Assembly (NCBI RefSeq): GCF_006345805.1
Contig: NW_021833917.1
Coordinates: 1 to 62,248 of the forward strand
DNA from: Octopus sinensis
Taxonomy: Eukaryota
Length of the DNA stretch: 62,248 nucleotides
Reading direction: 5' to 3'
In this document: in pieces, positions 25,290 to 38,635 of the stretch
Position numbering within the stretch: the first letter of the stretch is position 1
Layout of the letters: every line of letters begins with the position of its first letter
Made by a program: the position numbers and the translations under genes
The notes under the pieces: model-generated
Database searches by the model: none
Told to the model about the DNA's origin: nothing
The model's input: only the letters and a program-made list of their open reading frames with translations

Positions 25290-25505
25290 AAAATAATCCC
25301 TTCTACTATAGGCACAAGGCCTGAAATTGGGGGAGGCGACTAGTCGTGTACATCAACCTCAGTGTTTCACTGGTACTTAATTTATCGACCCTAAAAGGAA
25401 GAATGGTAAAGTCGACCTCGGCGGAATTTGAACCCAAAACGTAGCGACAGACGAAATATCGCTAAGCAATTTGTCCAGCGTGCTAAGCATTTTGCCAGAT
25501 CGCGG
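25290..25505 (-). mobile_element. SINE family B
   Basis: AAAGTCGACCTCGGCGGAATTTGAAC motif and flanks. Confidence 0.85.
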
Positions 25506-26005
25506 TAATAATAATAATAACAACAACAACAACAATAATAATAATAATAATAATAATAATAAACAAATAAATAAATAGATTAATAAAAATTTGAAAAATT
25601 ACGAAAATTAAAAATTGAAATGTAAACTTGTGTAACTCAGACCCTAAACATTGAACTCAAACTGAAAACCCGAAACCGAAACCGTAAACAAACTTTGAAA
25701 CTTAAAGCCCCGAAAACTAAAATCCAAGCACAAGGCTTAAACGGCAAGTCGGAACCTAAACGCCAAAATCAGAACGTAAAATCCAAAAATTCCAAAACCC
25801 AAATTCCGGAAATTCACACCCCCAAGTCCAACGAATTAAACCTTAAAATTTTTAAACGACGATAATTCGAACCTTCATCTGCAAGGCCTAAATCCCAAAG
25901 ACCTAAACTTCGAAAACCCCACAAAAGACAAAGAGCATTAGTATAAATAAATAAATAAATAAATAAAATGCATAAAATAAACTCAAAAAATCTCAAGGTA
26001 CTTAC

Positions 26006-26213
26006 CAAATCCTGGTGCAACAATGTTGAATATACATAATATTATAGCAAGTGGAAGAGGCATACATGGTATGGCATTGTAAAGCGGACCGTGTTTCTCC
26101 TCCACAACAATTTCCACTCTCTCTTCCGTGTACCTCTGCCTTGTCCGAGCTGTATCCGTGGTCAAAGAAGTACGAACTACACGTTGTGAGTTCGGTTCCT
26201 TGTTCGTCGCCAT
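26006..26213 (-). CDS. stum: First coding exon of a stum (stumble)/SPEC3-family membrane protein
   Basis: AAAA-ATG-G start. MAT...EEKHGPLYNAIPCMPLPLAIILCIFNIVAPGF-G resembles the recalled stum motif [32 protein letters not shown]. Phase-1 donor G|GTAAGT at 26005. Confidence 0.88.
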
Positions 26214-26803
26214 TTTTATTTATTTATTTTTTTGGCCTTTTTTTTTTTTAGAAAAAAATTATTTATTTGTTATACTTTCTCCGTGCTGTTGTTATTATTA
26301 TTATTATTATTAATATTTTTTTAATTTTTATATTTTGGTTTAAATATATATATTTTTTTTTGTGTAGGAAAAAAAAAATTTCTGATTACGATATCTTATA
26401 ATTATTTTAAATAATTAATTGATTAATTAATTAAACATTCAATTAATTAAATTTTTCTTTTTTTTTTTCCTTCTTGAATTATATTTTGGAGACACAGATC
26501 TGTGTGTGTGCGTGTGTTTTGTACATGTATTTGTGTGTGTGTGTGTATGAGAAACGAAGTGTTGTCGTAGTAGTAGTGGTAGTTAGTTTTGGTAAAATTA
26601 TTGCAGCTGATGTTGTTGTCGTTACTGCTGCTGCTGCTGTTGTAGTTGTTGGGGTGGTGGTGGTGGTGGTGGTAGTGGAATTGCTACTATTGCTACTACT
26701 ACTACTATCACTGATGTTGTTTACTTGACTGCTGCTGCTGTTTTTTAATGTTGATATTTTTATTTGTTGTTGTTATTGTTTGCGTCAGTTGCTGTATGTA
26801 TGT

Positions 26804-26846
<43 letters not shown>

Positions 26847-28169
26847 TCAGCTGTTTTATGTTCTTATTTTATGCGTGTGTATAACTGATGTACGCACGCA
26901 TACACTTATGTACATATATGTAAATATATTTATGTCTGTATAAACGTATATACGTATGTATGTACGATATTGAATATTATTGCATATTTATTTTATTATA
27001 GAATATACTTAATCTTCTATTGTTCCCTATAAAATGTAGCTTGTATATGCTTTATCTCCGATATATATAACAAACATATACAAAACATACACCTATATAC
27101 ATATAACTACTTAATTTTATGCATAAAAATATTCGTTTGAAAAATAACTGTTATGAAAGCAAGATTCTATTCAACACAATTACAAGTTCTAAACGTAAAT
27201 TGAACGCAGACTACTAACGCTGGCTATAAACTCGTCCCCTGTTTTTTTATCGATCTATCTGTTGTTTAAATTTCGATGAACACCCTATAAGAACTGTTAC
27301 TGAGTGGATTTATATAACTTCTATAACTTTATGTCGACATTCCAGTCAAATATACTACAATACTATGGGGCTTGTAATAACTAAAGCCAACTTTGATATG
27401 AGCAATTGAAATTTTTCTGTTGCAGTTTATGTTCGCGTATCTGTGGCTACTTATGTGTGTGTAGTCTTAGTGTTACTCTAAACTGTGTGGCTACTTAGGA
27501 ATAGTTTTCAGTGATGCTATAAAATGTGGATATTTATGATCAATCTTAATGATGTTATAAAGTGTCGTGGCTAATTATGACTAGTCGTGGTTATTTACGA
27601 GCTGTCTTAGTGATACTAAATGGTTACTTTTAAGCAATGGGAGTTAGACTAAAAAAAGTGCGTTGTAGTAGTATCTCGATAACTTAGGTGAGCGTTTGTT
27701 ACTATTAAGTGTTGCGTAGCGTCTCTGTTATTATGAAGAATGTTTTTACTACAGGGTTTATACCGGCGGTGATGGTATAAAAATGAAGAAAAAAAAAGAA
27801 GAAAACGCGTGAGACTGACTCGAAGAACTTATGTCACTGTTACAGTGAAGTTATGTATAGTAGCATGACAGTGTTGCTTGCTATATTAGGGATGGCCCTT
27901 GTCAGCGTTACTGTATAGGGACAGACGTGACTTCTGCTATCTGTGCTAGCGTTTCTATGAAGTATTATTATACCCTATGTTAACCGTACTACTATTACGA
28001 TGAAGGGATCCAGTCTCTCTCTCTCTCTACATAAATAACCGTTTAATATTCTTATGAAATGTAGCTTTTGTCAGCTGCGTCACTATTACTATAAAAAAAC
28101 GTCCTGTGTCTACAGACTTGTAGTACGACGTTGGTTGTGACTTCTGACACAGTTACTATACTACTATGA

Positions 28170-28400
28170 CGTATTGTGTTTTATGTAAGATGTGTCACTG
28201 TTTCTATGGAAGGGATCCAGATTCTCTACAACTTTACGATAACGTGCTGTGTTTTCTGTAAGATTTTTCACTGTTACTAAGAGATCCAGACCCTCTACAA
28301 CTCTTCTATGACGAATCGTGTTTTATGTAAGACGTGTCACTGTTACTATGGAAGGGATCCAGTGACTATACAACTTTACAACGATATGTCTTATTTTAGG
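28170..28400. repeat. Degenerate tandem repeat, about 70 bp x3
   Basis: TCACTGTT at 28195, 28268 and 28337, each followed by GATCCAG..TACAACT. Confidence 0.75.
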
Positions 28401-29439
28401 CAAGCTTTATCCGTTTTATCGGCGAAATAATCCCCTGTATGCACATAAACTTTCTGTGAAATGTTATAACTTATGTAAGATGAATGCCAGTCACATACGG
28501 AAAGGACGTCGTAGACCCCTGCTATTAGATTATTACGGAGTGTATGTTACCTTTATGATCTGTTTCACTGCTCCCTCTCTATCAATCTGGCCCCCTTCTA
28601 TAAGTTACCTTAGAAGTGTTGTTGACAGTAAACAATCACAGCTTATGGATCGACGTGGCTTCCTAAACAAGTTATCTATGATTTGTTGTAGTCTCTATAA
28701 CCTGTGTCACCACTAACTATAGACTGTCTTGCTCTCTCCTCTGTTAGTTGACTATAAAATGATGTGGCTTCGATGAGCAGTGTCACCGCCGCCAATTGAT
28801 CGTCCCGCTTCTCTCTATCTGTTGTTTATGAAGTGTTTTAACTTCTGTAAGCTGTGTCTCGGATCTATGTGAATAGACGGAGTCCCCTTGTGAATCTTAG
28901 TCCAGTTATTTCAAGTCCATGTACTCCGAGGAAAACTTTGAAGTACTGTGGATTCGACTGATGTGTACCAGTCACTGTTGGCGCAAACTTATCCGCTACA
29001 GAAACAGATTTGTTGTACAAACTGAATAATTGCTCATCTGCACTCAAATAGCAAACAAACGTAAACGTAAACTATATTATATGTGCAGCAGTTATTGCAG
29101 ATATCGGACCCGCAACACTGAAATGATGTAAGTTAATATAAAGCGGGAGAAGTGAAGTGAAAAGCTGCTTGTTTATCTGTCTGTCTATCTCTCTGTCTGT
29201 CTGGAAGGATGAATAGATGGATGGATGGATGGAAACTTAGTGTGCGGTTGTATGTTTGTATGTGTGGATGTTTATGTCTGTTTACGTGAGTGTATATTGA
29301 AACGTTTAAGAGACGGCCAGCCGGCCAGCCAGCCAGGCAGACACGTAGATAGACAGAGTGATAACAGGCAAGCAGAAAACTATATTAACTAGTTTGATAG
29401 AAAGGCAGACAAATATATTGATGAATGGATAGATGGATG

Positions 29440-29447
29440 GATGGATG

Positions 29448-29488
<41 letters not shown>

Positions 29489-29625
29489 GTAGGTAGGTAG
29501 GTAGGTAGGTAGGTAGGTAGATAGATAGATAGATAGGTAGGTAGGTAGGTAGGTAGGTAGGTAGGTAGGTAGGTAGATAGATAGATAGATAGATAGGTAG
29601 GTAGGTAGGTAGGTAGGTAGGTAGG

Positions 29626-29656
<31 letters not shown>

Positions 29657-29753
29657 GTAGGTAGGTAGGTAGGTAGATAGGTAGATAGATAGATAGATAG
29701 ATAGATAGGTAGGTAGGTAGGTAGGTAGGTAGATAGGTAGGTAGGTAGGTAGG

Positions 29754-29787
<34 letters not shown>
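29440..29787. repeat. Alternating (TAGA)n/(TAGG)n microsatellite
   Basis: Seen directly. Confidence 0.97.
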
Positions 29788-30503
29788 CGTATAAACACGA
29801 ACTTACAATTTATGTGTACATCACAACTAAATTTAATAACTAGCGCGTTTAATAATTTACGTTATCGTGTATCACCGCGTAATTCACGAATATATATATG
29901 TGTATATATGTTTATGTTAGTATGTATGGGTATGTTTCTGTGAGTGTGCGTATGTCTGTCTGTTTGTCTGTATGTGTATATGGAAGAAAGTAATGCGTGT
30001 ATTTATTTACGCGTTTGTGAATGTGGGTGTGTATGCAAGAAAATTGACATGTATATCTATATGTATGCGGTACGTGTGTATATATGTCTGTGTGTGTGTG
30101 TATGTATATTTATGTATGCGTATTTACGGATGAATCTGCGTGTTCGGATGTCTTTATGTATATCAGTATAAGAATGTGTGTGTGCTTATGTGTATGTATG
30201 TATGTATGTATGTATGTATGTATGTATGTATGTATGTATGTATGTATGTGTATTGGTCTGTGTGAGGTTATGTATAAGGGGTGGGGTGAGTATCTGAGTG
30301 ACACCTAGTTAATCAATATGTTGTGTATATGAAGGTTTCGGGCGACAGGGTGACTGTATATAAGTTTACGCGTGTATACACATATATTGCTGTGTATATA
30401 GTGCACAACAAATCCTGTGTACGAGTGTATAACGCACAAACGAATAAACACAAAGCTCAAAGTTATATGTGTGTGCGTTTGTAGGATATATATATATATA
30501 TAT

Positions 30504-30538
<35 letters not shown>

Positions 30539-30541
30539 ATA

Positions 30542-30581
<40 letters not shown>

Positions 30582-30849
30582 AGTGTGGGTATGTGTGTTT
30601 GTATGTATGTATAAAAATATCTGTATATGTGTGTGTGTATATATAATATAAATGTGTGTATCTGTATTTATGTGTAGTATGTATGTATATATGTATGTTG
30701 TATATACGAATGCATGCGTGTGTGTATGTATGTTGTATATATATATGATGTATGTGTGTATTTGTGTACGTGTATGTATGCGTCTAAGTGTCTGTGTGTA
30801 TGTATGTGTCTATATTTGTGTGTATGAATGTATGCACGTATGTGTGTAT

Positions 30850-31085
30850 GTATATATGTACTTATGTGTATGTATGTGCGTGTGTGTATGTATGTGTATG
30901 TGCTTGTGTAAGTGTATGTGTGTATGTATATATGTACTTATGTGTATGTATGTGCGTGTGTGTATGTATGTGTATGTGCTTGTGTAAGTGTATGTGTGTA
31001 TGTATATATATACTTATGTGTATGTATGTGCGTGTGTGTATGTATGTGTATGTGCTTGTGTAAGTGTATGTGTGTATGTATGTAT
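30850..31085. repeat. 76-bp higher-order repeat inside TG/TATG-rich DNA, about 3 copies
   Basis: TACTTATGTG at 30859, 30935 and 31011. Confidence 0.85.
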
Positions 31086-31436
31086 GTATGTGTATGCGTA
31101 TGTGCGTATGTATATGTGTGTGTGTGAGTGTATACAAGTGTGTGTGTGTATACACGCACACCTTAGCAATGCTTCTTAAATCCAAAGAACTTGAAAACAC
31201 AGAAATCTTCTTTTTTTCTTTTTTCTCAATTTAGGTCCGAGAAATCCCTTGAAATGTTATTTAAAATTAATATTATCCAAATTAGTTTTCTTCCTTGCTA
31301 ATTACTCTCGCTGCTGCTGCGGCTGCTACTGCTGCTTTGTGTTGTTGTTGTTGTTGTTGTTGTTTCGGCCTCTTATCCCTGCTGCTCGCAGTTGTTGCTA
31401 TCCGACGTTGTTCCTTAAACTTCGCTAAGATTTGAC

Positions 31437-32110
31437 GTATGTATGTATGTATGTATGTATGTATGTATGTATGAGTGTATATGTGTATGTACGTACGTAT
31501 GTATGTATGTATGTATGTATGTATGTATGTATGTATGTATGTATGTATGTATGTATGTATGTATGCAAGTATGTATGTATGTATGTATGTATGTATCTAT
31601 GTATGAGTGTATATGTGTATGTACGTACGTATGTATGTATGTATGTATGTATGTATGTATGTATGTATGTATGTATGTATGTATGTATGTATGTATGTAT
31701 GTATGTATGTATGTATCTATGTATGAGTGTATATGTGTATGTACGTACGTATGTATGTATGTATGTATGTATGTATGTATGTATGTATGTATGTATGTAT
31801 CTATGTATGAGTGTATATGTGTATGTACGTACGTATGTAGTATGTATGTATGTATGTATGTATGTATGTATGTATGTGTGTATGTATATATGTATGTTGT
31901 ATATATATATGAATGTATGTGTGTATTTGTGTACGTGTATGTATGTATGTATGTGGTGTATGTGTGTATGTGTGTATGTACGTATGTATGTATGTACGTA
32001 TGTATGTATGTACGTATGTATGTGTGTGTATGTATGTATGTATGTATGTATGTATGTTTGTACGTACGTATGTATGTATGGTGTGTGTGTATGTATGTAT
32101 GTATGTATGT
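31437..32110. repeat. (TATG)n microsatellite with recurring interruptions
   Basis: Seen directly. Confidence 0.97.
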
Positions 32111-32465
32111 ATGGTGGTGGGTGTGTGTGTATGTATGTGTTATATATATAATATATATATGTTGTGTGTGTGTGTATGTTTGTATTTACGTGCTTATGTA
32201 CATATTTGTTTTGTGTATGTATGTGTATGTATGTATATATTTACGGCTGTGTATGCATTTATGTAATTGTATGTGGGTGTGTTTATGTGTGTGTGTGTAT
32301 ATATGTATGTTTGTATATCATATATATATATATATATTGATGTATGTGTGTGCGCGAGTGTATGTGTATATAAGTATATATATATATATGTGTGTGTGTA
32401 TGTGTGTGTGTGTGTCTGTAGTCTTATGGCTAAGATCAAGATCTAATATCTACTCTAAACAGTTA

Positions 32466-32504
<39 letters not shown>

Positions 32505-32772
32505 ATATATATGTGTGTGTGTGTATGTTTATTTTTACGCTTTATTTTCTATTATTACTGTTACTTATAATGCCGGTGTTGATGTTGTTTTTTATTTAAT
32601 TATTTTTTTCTAGAGCTCTTCCTACTGTTCTTGTTGTTGTTGTTGTTGATTTTGCTGCTGCTGCTGCTGCTGCTGCTGCTTTTGCTGACGTTTTTGTTGC
32701 TGTTATTTGAATTCCATTCTGACATTTTTTTTTTTGTTATCTCTTGCTGCTACCGGTGTTGCTGCCCTTACT

Positions 32773-32775
32773 ATT

Positions 32776-32841
<66 letters not shown>

Positions 32842-32897
32842 CTTCTTCTTCTTCTTCTTCTTCTTCTTCTTCTTCTTCTTCTTCTTCTTCTTCTTGC
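32773..32897. repeat. (GTT)n(CTT)n compound microsatellite
   Basis: Seen directly. Confidence 0.97.
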
Positions 32898-32990
32898 TGC
32901 TACGGCCACTGCTGCTGCTACTGCTTCAACTGTTCCATAAACAAATTTTACTTTCTATTGTTGACGTTTCTTAAATTCCACTTCGCTGTT

Positions 32991-33026
<36 letters not shown>

Positions 33027-33464
33027 ATATTAGTAGTATTAGTAGTAGTAGTAGTTGCTGTTGTGCTTTTATTTCTTTACTCATCACTAGATTAAGGCCA
33101 TGCTGGGGCACAGACATGAAAGTACTAGTCGAACTAATCTACCATAGCTTGAGGTGAGATTTGGCTACTATTTCGAGCAGGTCGAAGTGACCACGTTGAA
33201 GATTCTTCATTAGTTTCGTTCGGAGCCCCCGAAGGATTTTAATGACTTACGTGGCAAGTTCAAATCATGCCGAAGTGGAAGGGGAGACCTGGTGTAGAGA
33301 GAGATAAGGTCGCGAATGGTGATGAAAGGATCTTTGACAAACCCAGCTGATTGAATGTTAAAAAGCCCTCCCCCCGCCAAAAAAAAAGTAAAGCTCTTTC
33401 CCGTATCATGCCGACACATAAGGGCCGGTTTTCCGATTTCCATCGTGTATATATATATTCCCCA

Positions 33465-33590
33465 CCTGGACGGGACGCCAGTCCCTCGCAGGATTACTCA
33501 TTTTTGTCATCTGAGTGGACTGGAGCGACATGAAGTGAAATGTTTTGCTCAACGCGTCGCCCAGTCCAGGAAACGAAACCACAATCGGTT
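33465..33590 (-). mobile_element. SINE family D fragment
   Basis: CTGAGTGGACTGGAGCGACATGAAGTGAAATGTTTTGCTCAA motif. Confidence 0.65.
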
Positions 33591-33639
33591 ACAATGCCAC
33601 TACAAATAGCCTCGCCTAACTTAGCTAGTAGCTCCTCCT

Positions 33640-34520
33640 CCTTTCAATTTTTTCTAACGCTACATCTTTGCTAAGCCCTATCGATATTACCTTATACTCT
33701 CTTTTGAGAGCCCCACCACCTGCTGTAGACGAGCCCACCACCACTGTCAACTTTAGCTTAACTAAATTGTTGACCCGGTTCCTATAAGCCTTACGTGCCG
33801 GAAACGATATGTTCAGCTTCCACTAACCGGGTCCAGGCCTACTCGTCTTATGTAGATCAACCATACAGATTACAAACTTGTGATCTTTATAAGCGACCGT
33901 TTTAAAAAGTGGACATCCTACACTATTACTGTCTACCCTTCTAGTAAAAATTATGTCTGTATTCGATCTAGATGACTCTATGCAGTTGGTCTAGGTCCAC
34001 AGTGGCGAATTAGGAGAACCTTGTCGGTACCTGTCAGACAGTTGAAACTAGCTGATCAGGTGCTTGAGGCTTTTGCATCTCCCGCTTTTATCAGCTACTC
34101 CCTCAGCAATCCCAGCGTGCATCTAAGATGCCGTTCCAGACCCCCGCTTACAGTAAAGGGCGAGACATACCCAGAAAGGCTTCCAAACGCTTAAAGAAAT
34201 CCGGCAGTTTGACCCCGGTAGGGGTGTAGACGGCCACCAGTCTTATTTACTACCTTTGTTATTGCTCACGTTCAGGGCCACTAACTTACCGTCCGGGTCC
34301 TTGAAGATCGACCTTACCCCGAGAGCCAGGCCTTTCCTAAACAGCACTGCCACCCCACCTCCCATTCTCGGCCGACTAACAGATGCAGAGATCTGACAGT
34401 CGTCGAAAATGGGAGCTAGTGCGCGTGTGCTGGAAATCTTGGTCATGCTGATAGCAATTACGTCCAATTCTAAAGACCTAAGGTTGTTGAGCAATATATC
34501 GTTCATTGTTCTTTAACGAT
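33640..34520 (-). mobile_element. Decayed Tx1/L1-clade LINE, APE endonuclease region
   Basis: Translations give GGGVAVLF, DPDGKLVAL, a DHK motif and PG*WKLN (the L1/Tx1 GYWKLN signature); in-frame stops. Confidence 0.8.
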
Positions 34521-34617
34521 TTGTTCGTCTCCTGTCTCCTCTAACACCAATTGGTGTGCTGGGTTTGAGACAGATTATCTTAAATACTAGAGTATTTTCT
34601 TGCAAACTTTCGTGTCT

Positions 34618-35252
34618 GTGCGGTAAGATCTTGCTTCCCAACCACATGATTCCAGGTTGAGTCTCACTGCGTGGCACTATAGGTAAGTGTCTTCTATATA
34701 AAGCTTCGGGCCGACCAAAGCCTTGTGAGTGGATTTGATAGACGGAAACTAAGAGAAGCGCGTTGTATATATATATATATATATTTAAAAAAAGGAGATG
34801 TGGAACACGAGTTGTGATATATAAAAAAAGGAAATGAAGAAAATGCTGACAAAATAATTTAAGTAAAGGAGAGTGTATTTAATTAGGTGAAAGTTCTTTT
34901 TACCGGTTGCGCATTTGTTATGCTTATCAAAAGATATTTTTTTAAAGAGAGATAGAGTTCCTTTCTGATAGATTTTTTTCTCTTCTCAGATAAGAGAAAA
35001 AAATCTATCAGAGAGGAACTCAATCTCTCTTTAAAAAAATACTTTTGATAAGCATAACAAATGCGCAACCGGTAAAAAGAACTTTCACCTAATTAAATAC
35101 ACTCTCCCGTACTAAAATTATTTTGTCAGCATTTTCTTCATTTCCTTTTTTTATATATATATATATATCAGACTGTGTGTGTGTCTTTGTTCGACTAAAA
35201 CTCTTCAAGACGGTGCCCCAGCATGGCCGCAGCCTAACAACTGAAACAAGTA
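34618..35252 (+). mobile_element. SINE family A split at its (TA)n by a foldback insert
   Basis: 5' half at 34618-34770; tail TTCGACTAAAA...CCAGCATGGCCGCAG at about 35185-35252. Confidence 0.75.
34817..35158. repeat. Foldback: arms about 168 bp, 7-nt loop, decayed HHR in each arm
   Basis: 34817-34984 is a near-perfect inverted copy of 34992-35158; loop CTCAGAT. Confidence 0.95.
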
Positions 35253-35433
35253 ACAAGTTTTTTTTCCTTCTTTTGTTTTCTTTTTTTTTTAAATCCTTAT
35301 AAACTCAAAATGCAGGCAAGTGGAACAATTACCGCAAGACTTTCTATCCAGCGCTCTTCGCACTCTGCCACTTCATAAGCCACACACATATGCACACACA
35401 CTCACACACATACACACATATACATCCGTGCGT

Positions 35434-35815
35434 GGAGGCGCAACGGCCCAGTGGTTAGGGCAGCGGACTCGCGGTCGTAGGATCGCGGTTTCGATTCCCA
35501 GACCGGGCGTTGTGAGTGTTTATTGAGCGAAAACACCTAAAAAGCTCCACGAGGCTCCGGTAGGGGATGGTGGTGATCCCTGCTGTACTCTTTCACCACA
35601 ACTTTCTCTCAGTCTTACTTCCTGTTTCTGTTGTACCTGTATTTCAACGGGCCGGCCTTGTCACTCTCTGTGTCACGCTGAATATCCCCGAGAACTACGT
35701 TAAGGGTGCACGTGTCTGTGGAGTGCTCAGCCACTTACATGTTAATTTCACGAGCAGGCTGTTCCGTTGATCGGATCAACCGGAACCCTCATCGTCGTAA
35801 CCGACGGAGTGCTTT
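35434..35815 (+). mobile_element. SINE family C, full length
   Basis: tRNA head with A and B boxes; complete body. Confidence 0.93.
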
Positions 35816-36049
35816 CATACATCCGTGTGTGTGTCGGGGAGGATGTATATGCGCGTTTGTGTTCATAATTGTGAGAATGGAATGTTTTTACTTTGTGGAG
35901 GCAAGTGGCTTATTGGTTTAGAGTATCGCTCTCACGATCGTAAGACTGTGGTTTCGATTCCTGGACCGGGCGATACTTTATGTTCTTGACCCTTGAAGTG
36001 TTTTAGCCGAACACGTTGACCTCAGAACATATTTTTAAGAAGTCTAGAA

Positions 36050-36232
36050 CTTATTTTCTCGGTCTCTTTTACCGAACCGCTAACTTATGGGGACGCAAAC
36101 ACACCAACACCAGTTGTCAAGCGGTGATGGCGAGTCAAACACAGACAAATACATACATACACACATATATGTATGTGTGCATATATCTATCTATCTGTCT
36201 GTCTCTCTCTCTATCTATCTATCTATCTCCCT

Positions 36233-36266
<34 letters not shown>

Positions 36267-36271
36267 CTATC

Positions 36272-36310
<39 letters not shown>

Positions 36311-36418
36311 ATATGACAGGCTTCTTTCAGTTTCCTTCTATCAAACCCAACCACAAGGCTTTATTCGGCCCGAAGCTATGGCAGTAAACACTTGCCCAAG
36401 GTACTACGTAGTGGGACT
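36050..36418 (-). mobile_element. SINE family A, degenerate
   Basis: Reverse complement of the family A body around a microsatellite. Confidence 0.75.
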
Positions 36419-36419
36419 T

Positions 36420-36590
36420 AAGGTGGCGAGCAGGCAGACTCGTCCGTCTTTACATTCTGAGTTCAATTTCCGCCGAGGTCGACTTTGCCTTTCATCTCTT
36501 CAGGGTCGACAAAACAAGTACCAGTTAAGTACTGGGGTCGATGTAATTGACTTACCCCCTTTCCTGAAATTACTGGACTTGTACCAACAA
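36420..36590 (+). mobile_element. SINE family B
   Basis: CCGCCGAGGTCGACTTTGCCTTTCATC motif. Confidence 0.8.
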
Positions 36591-36759
36591 TTCTAAACCG
36601 ATATATCACATAATGTATAATCAATTATGTATAATCATATGCGTGGGTATAGCTATCAGTATATGTCTGTTACTATATTCGTAGCTAAACATTCTACTTG
36701 TGCACAACATTGCCTTGTCGTTGTCTCCACCCATTACGCTACCTATGCTTTGGTGTATC

Positions 36760-36880
36760 CCGATCGACTGTCCATTGGGAGCCGCTTGAACTCCTTTGAT
36801 AGCAGGATACTTCGCAGGATTATGGGCTATCATTGTCGGATTTCGTATCCAACCACCGATTATATTTCGAAACTGGAATG
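36760..36880 (+). mobile_element. RTE-clade LINE fragment, post-RT region
   Basis: RLNSFDSRILRRIMGYH then, after a frameshift, SDFVSNHRLYFETG; resembles the RTE motif LRRI.GI.W.D.VSN..L. Confidence 0.7.
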
Positions 36881-37106
36881 CGTCTTTTACTTGTTTCAGT
36901 CATTTGATTGTGACCATGCTGGAGCACCGCCTTTAGTCGAGCAAATCGACCCCAGGACATTCTTTGTAAGCCCAGTACTTATTCTATCGGTCTCCCTTGC
37001 CGAACCGCTAATTTGCGGGAATGTAAACACACCAGCATCGGTTGTCAAGCGATGTTGGGGGGCACAAACATAAACATACACACAGACAGACACACGCACA
37101 TACACA

Positions 37107-37154
<48 letters not shown>

Positions 37155-37298
37155 ACAATATATATTTATATTGGCCTGCCTGCTTAGCCAGCGGGGGGGT
37201 GCGTCATTTTCAGGCTAAAACAATGTGAAGCGCATTGTGACCAGCGATGTGTAGCAACATCTGATAGCCTGGTCGGTCACGGTGGTCACGGTGTTGAT

Positions 37299-37351
<53 letters not shown>

Positions 37352-37447
37352 CTATATATATATGTATATATACTATATATATATTATGTATATATATATA
37401 TACACACACATATATACGACGGGCTTCTTTCAGTTTCCATTCTACTA
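36878..37447 (-). mobile_element. SINE family A with module E inserted in its microsatellite
   Basis: Family A tail at 36878-37075; module E at 37170-37297; family A body resumes at about 37395. Confidence 0.75.
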
Positions 37448-37696
37448 AATGATTAGGAAACGTCAGCTCGGACTGTTTAGCAAGCTGCTCGGTTTTCCAA
37501 GTTAGATCCTGTGTACCGTATTCTCTCCTCAAAGATCCGGCTGGGAGTAACGGCTCGTGATGGTCGACCACAAGCCACATTACCACGAAAGTATCTCGCA
37601 GAGATGGGAACTGACAGGAACATTATATAAGTTATAATGAATATTTAGTACAAGTTTTACGCAAACGTACTAAGTATTAATGAATATACGACTAAT

Positions 37697-37862
37697 AGGC
37701 GCAGGAGTGGCTGTGTGGTAAGTAGCTTGCTAACCAACCACATGGTTCCGGGTTCAGTCCTGCTGCATGGCATCTTGGGCAAGTGTCTTCTGCTATAGCC
37801 CCGGGCCGACCAATGCCTTGTGAGTGGATTTGGTAGACGGAAACTGAAAGAAGCCTGTCGTA

Positions 37863-37903
<41 letters not shown>

Positions 37904-38160
37904 TAGTTTATATTATATATATATGCGTGTGTGTGTTTGTGTGTGTCTGTGTTTGTCCCCTAGCATTGCTTGACAACCGATGGTGCTGGGTGTGTGTTTA
38001 CGTCCCCGTCACTTAGCGGTTCGGCAAAAGAGACCGATAGAATAAGTACTGGACTTACAAAGAATAAGTCCCGGGGTCGATTTGCTCGACTAAAGGCGGT
38101 GCTCCAGCATGGCCGCAGTCAAATGACTGAAACAAGTAAAAGAGAAAAAGAGAAAGAGAA
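37697..38160 (+). mobile_element. SINE family A, full length
   Basis: Complete head to tail. Confidence 0.93.
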
Positions 38161-38589
38161 ACTAAATTTAACCATTTTATCTGGGCCATACTGTATCTAT
38201 ATTATAATAATATATGTAAATGATATTTTATAAAAATTGGATACATTTTTATGTTTAGTCCTGCAGATTATTTTATATTTTCTACAATTGGTTTCGCATT
38301 TTAAAAGTCTTTTTAGAATAATATTACTTCTATTCTATCCTATTGTCTTTCTGTGCTAATTTTATTCAAGGACATCTTCTGTATGATGTAATTACGATCT
38401 ACAGCACTTGAGACACACTACGTAGCATTAGAAATTAGCTTTTTTTTCCTTCTTATATTGCAAGATAAAACAAAAATAAGAAAGTATACATATGTGTGTA
38501 TTTGCATGTATTTATGCATCTATGAGTGTGTAAGTCTATTATCTCACTCTCTCTTCTCTCTCTCTCTGATTAGATATATGTATATATAT

Positions 38590-38635
<46 letters not shown>

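Noticed and set aside
25580-25930. AAACC/GAAAC-rich degenerate tract resembling telomeric repeats
   Set aside because: No stable unit; low-complexity sequence only.
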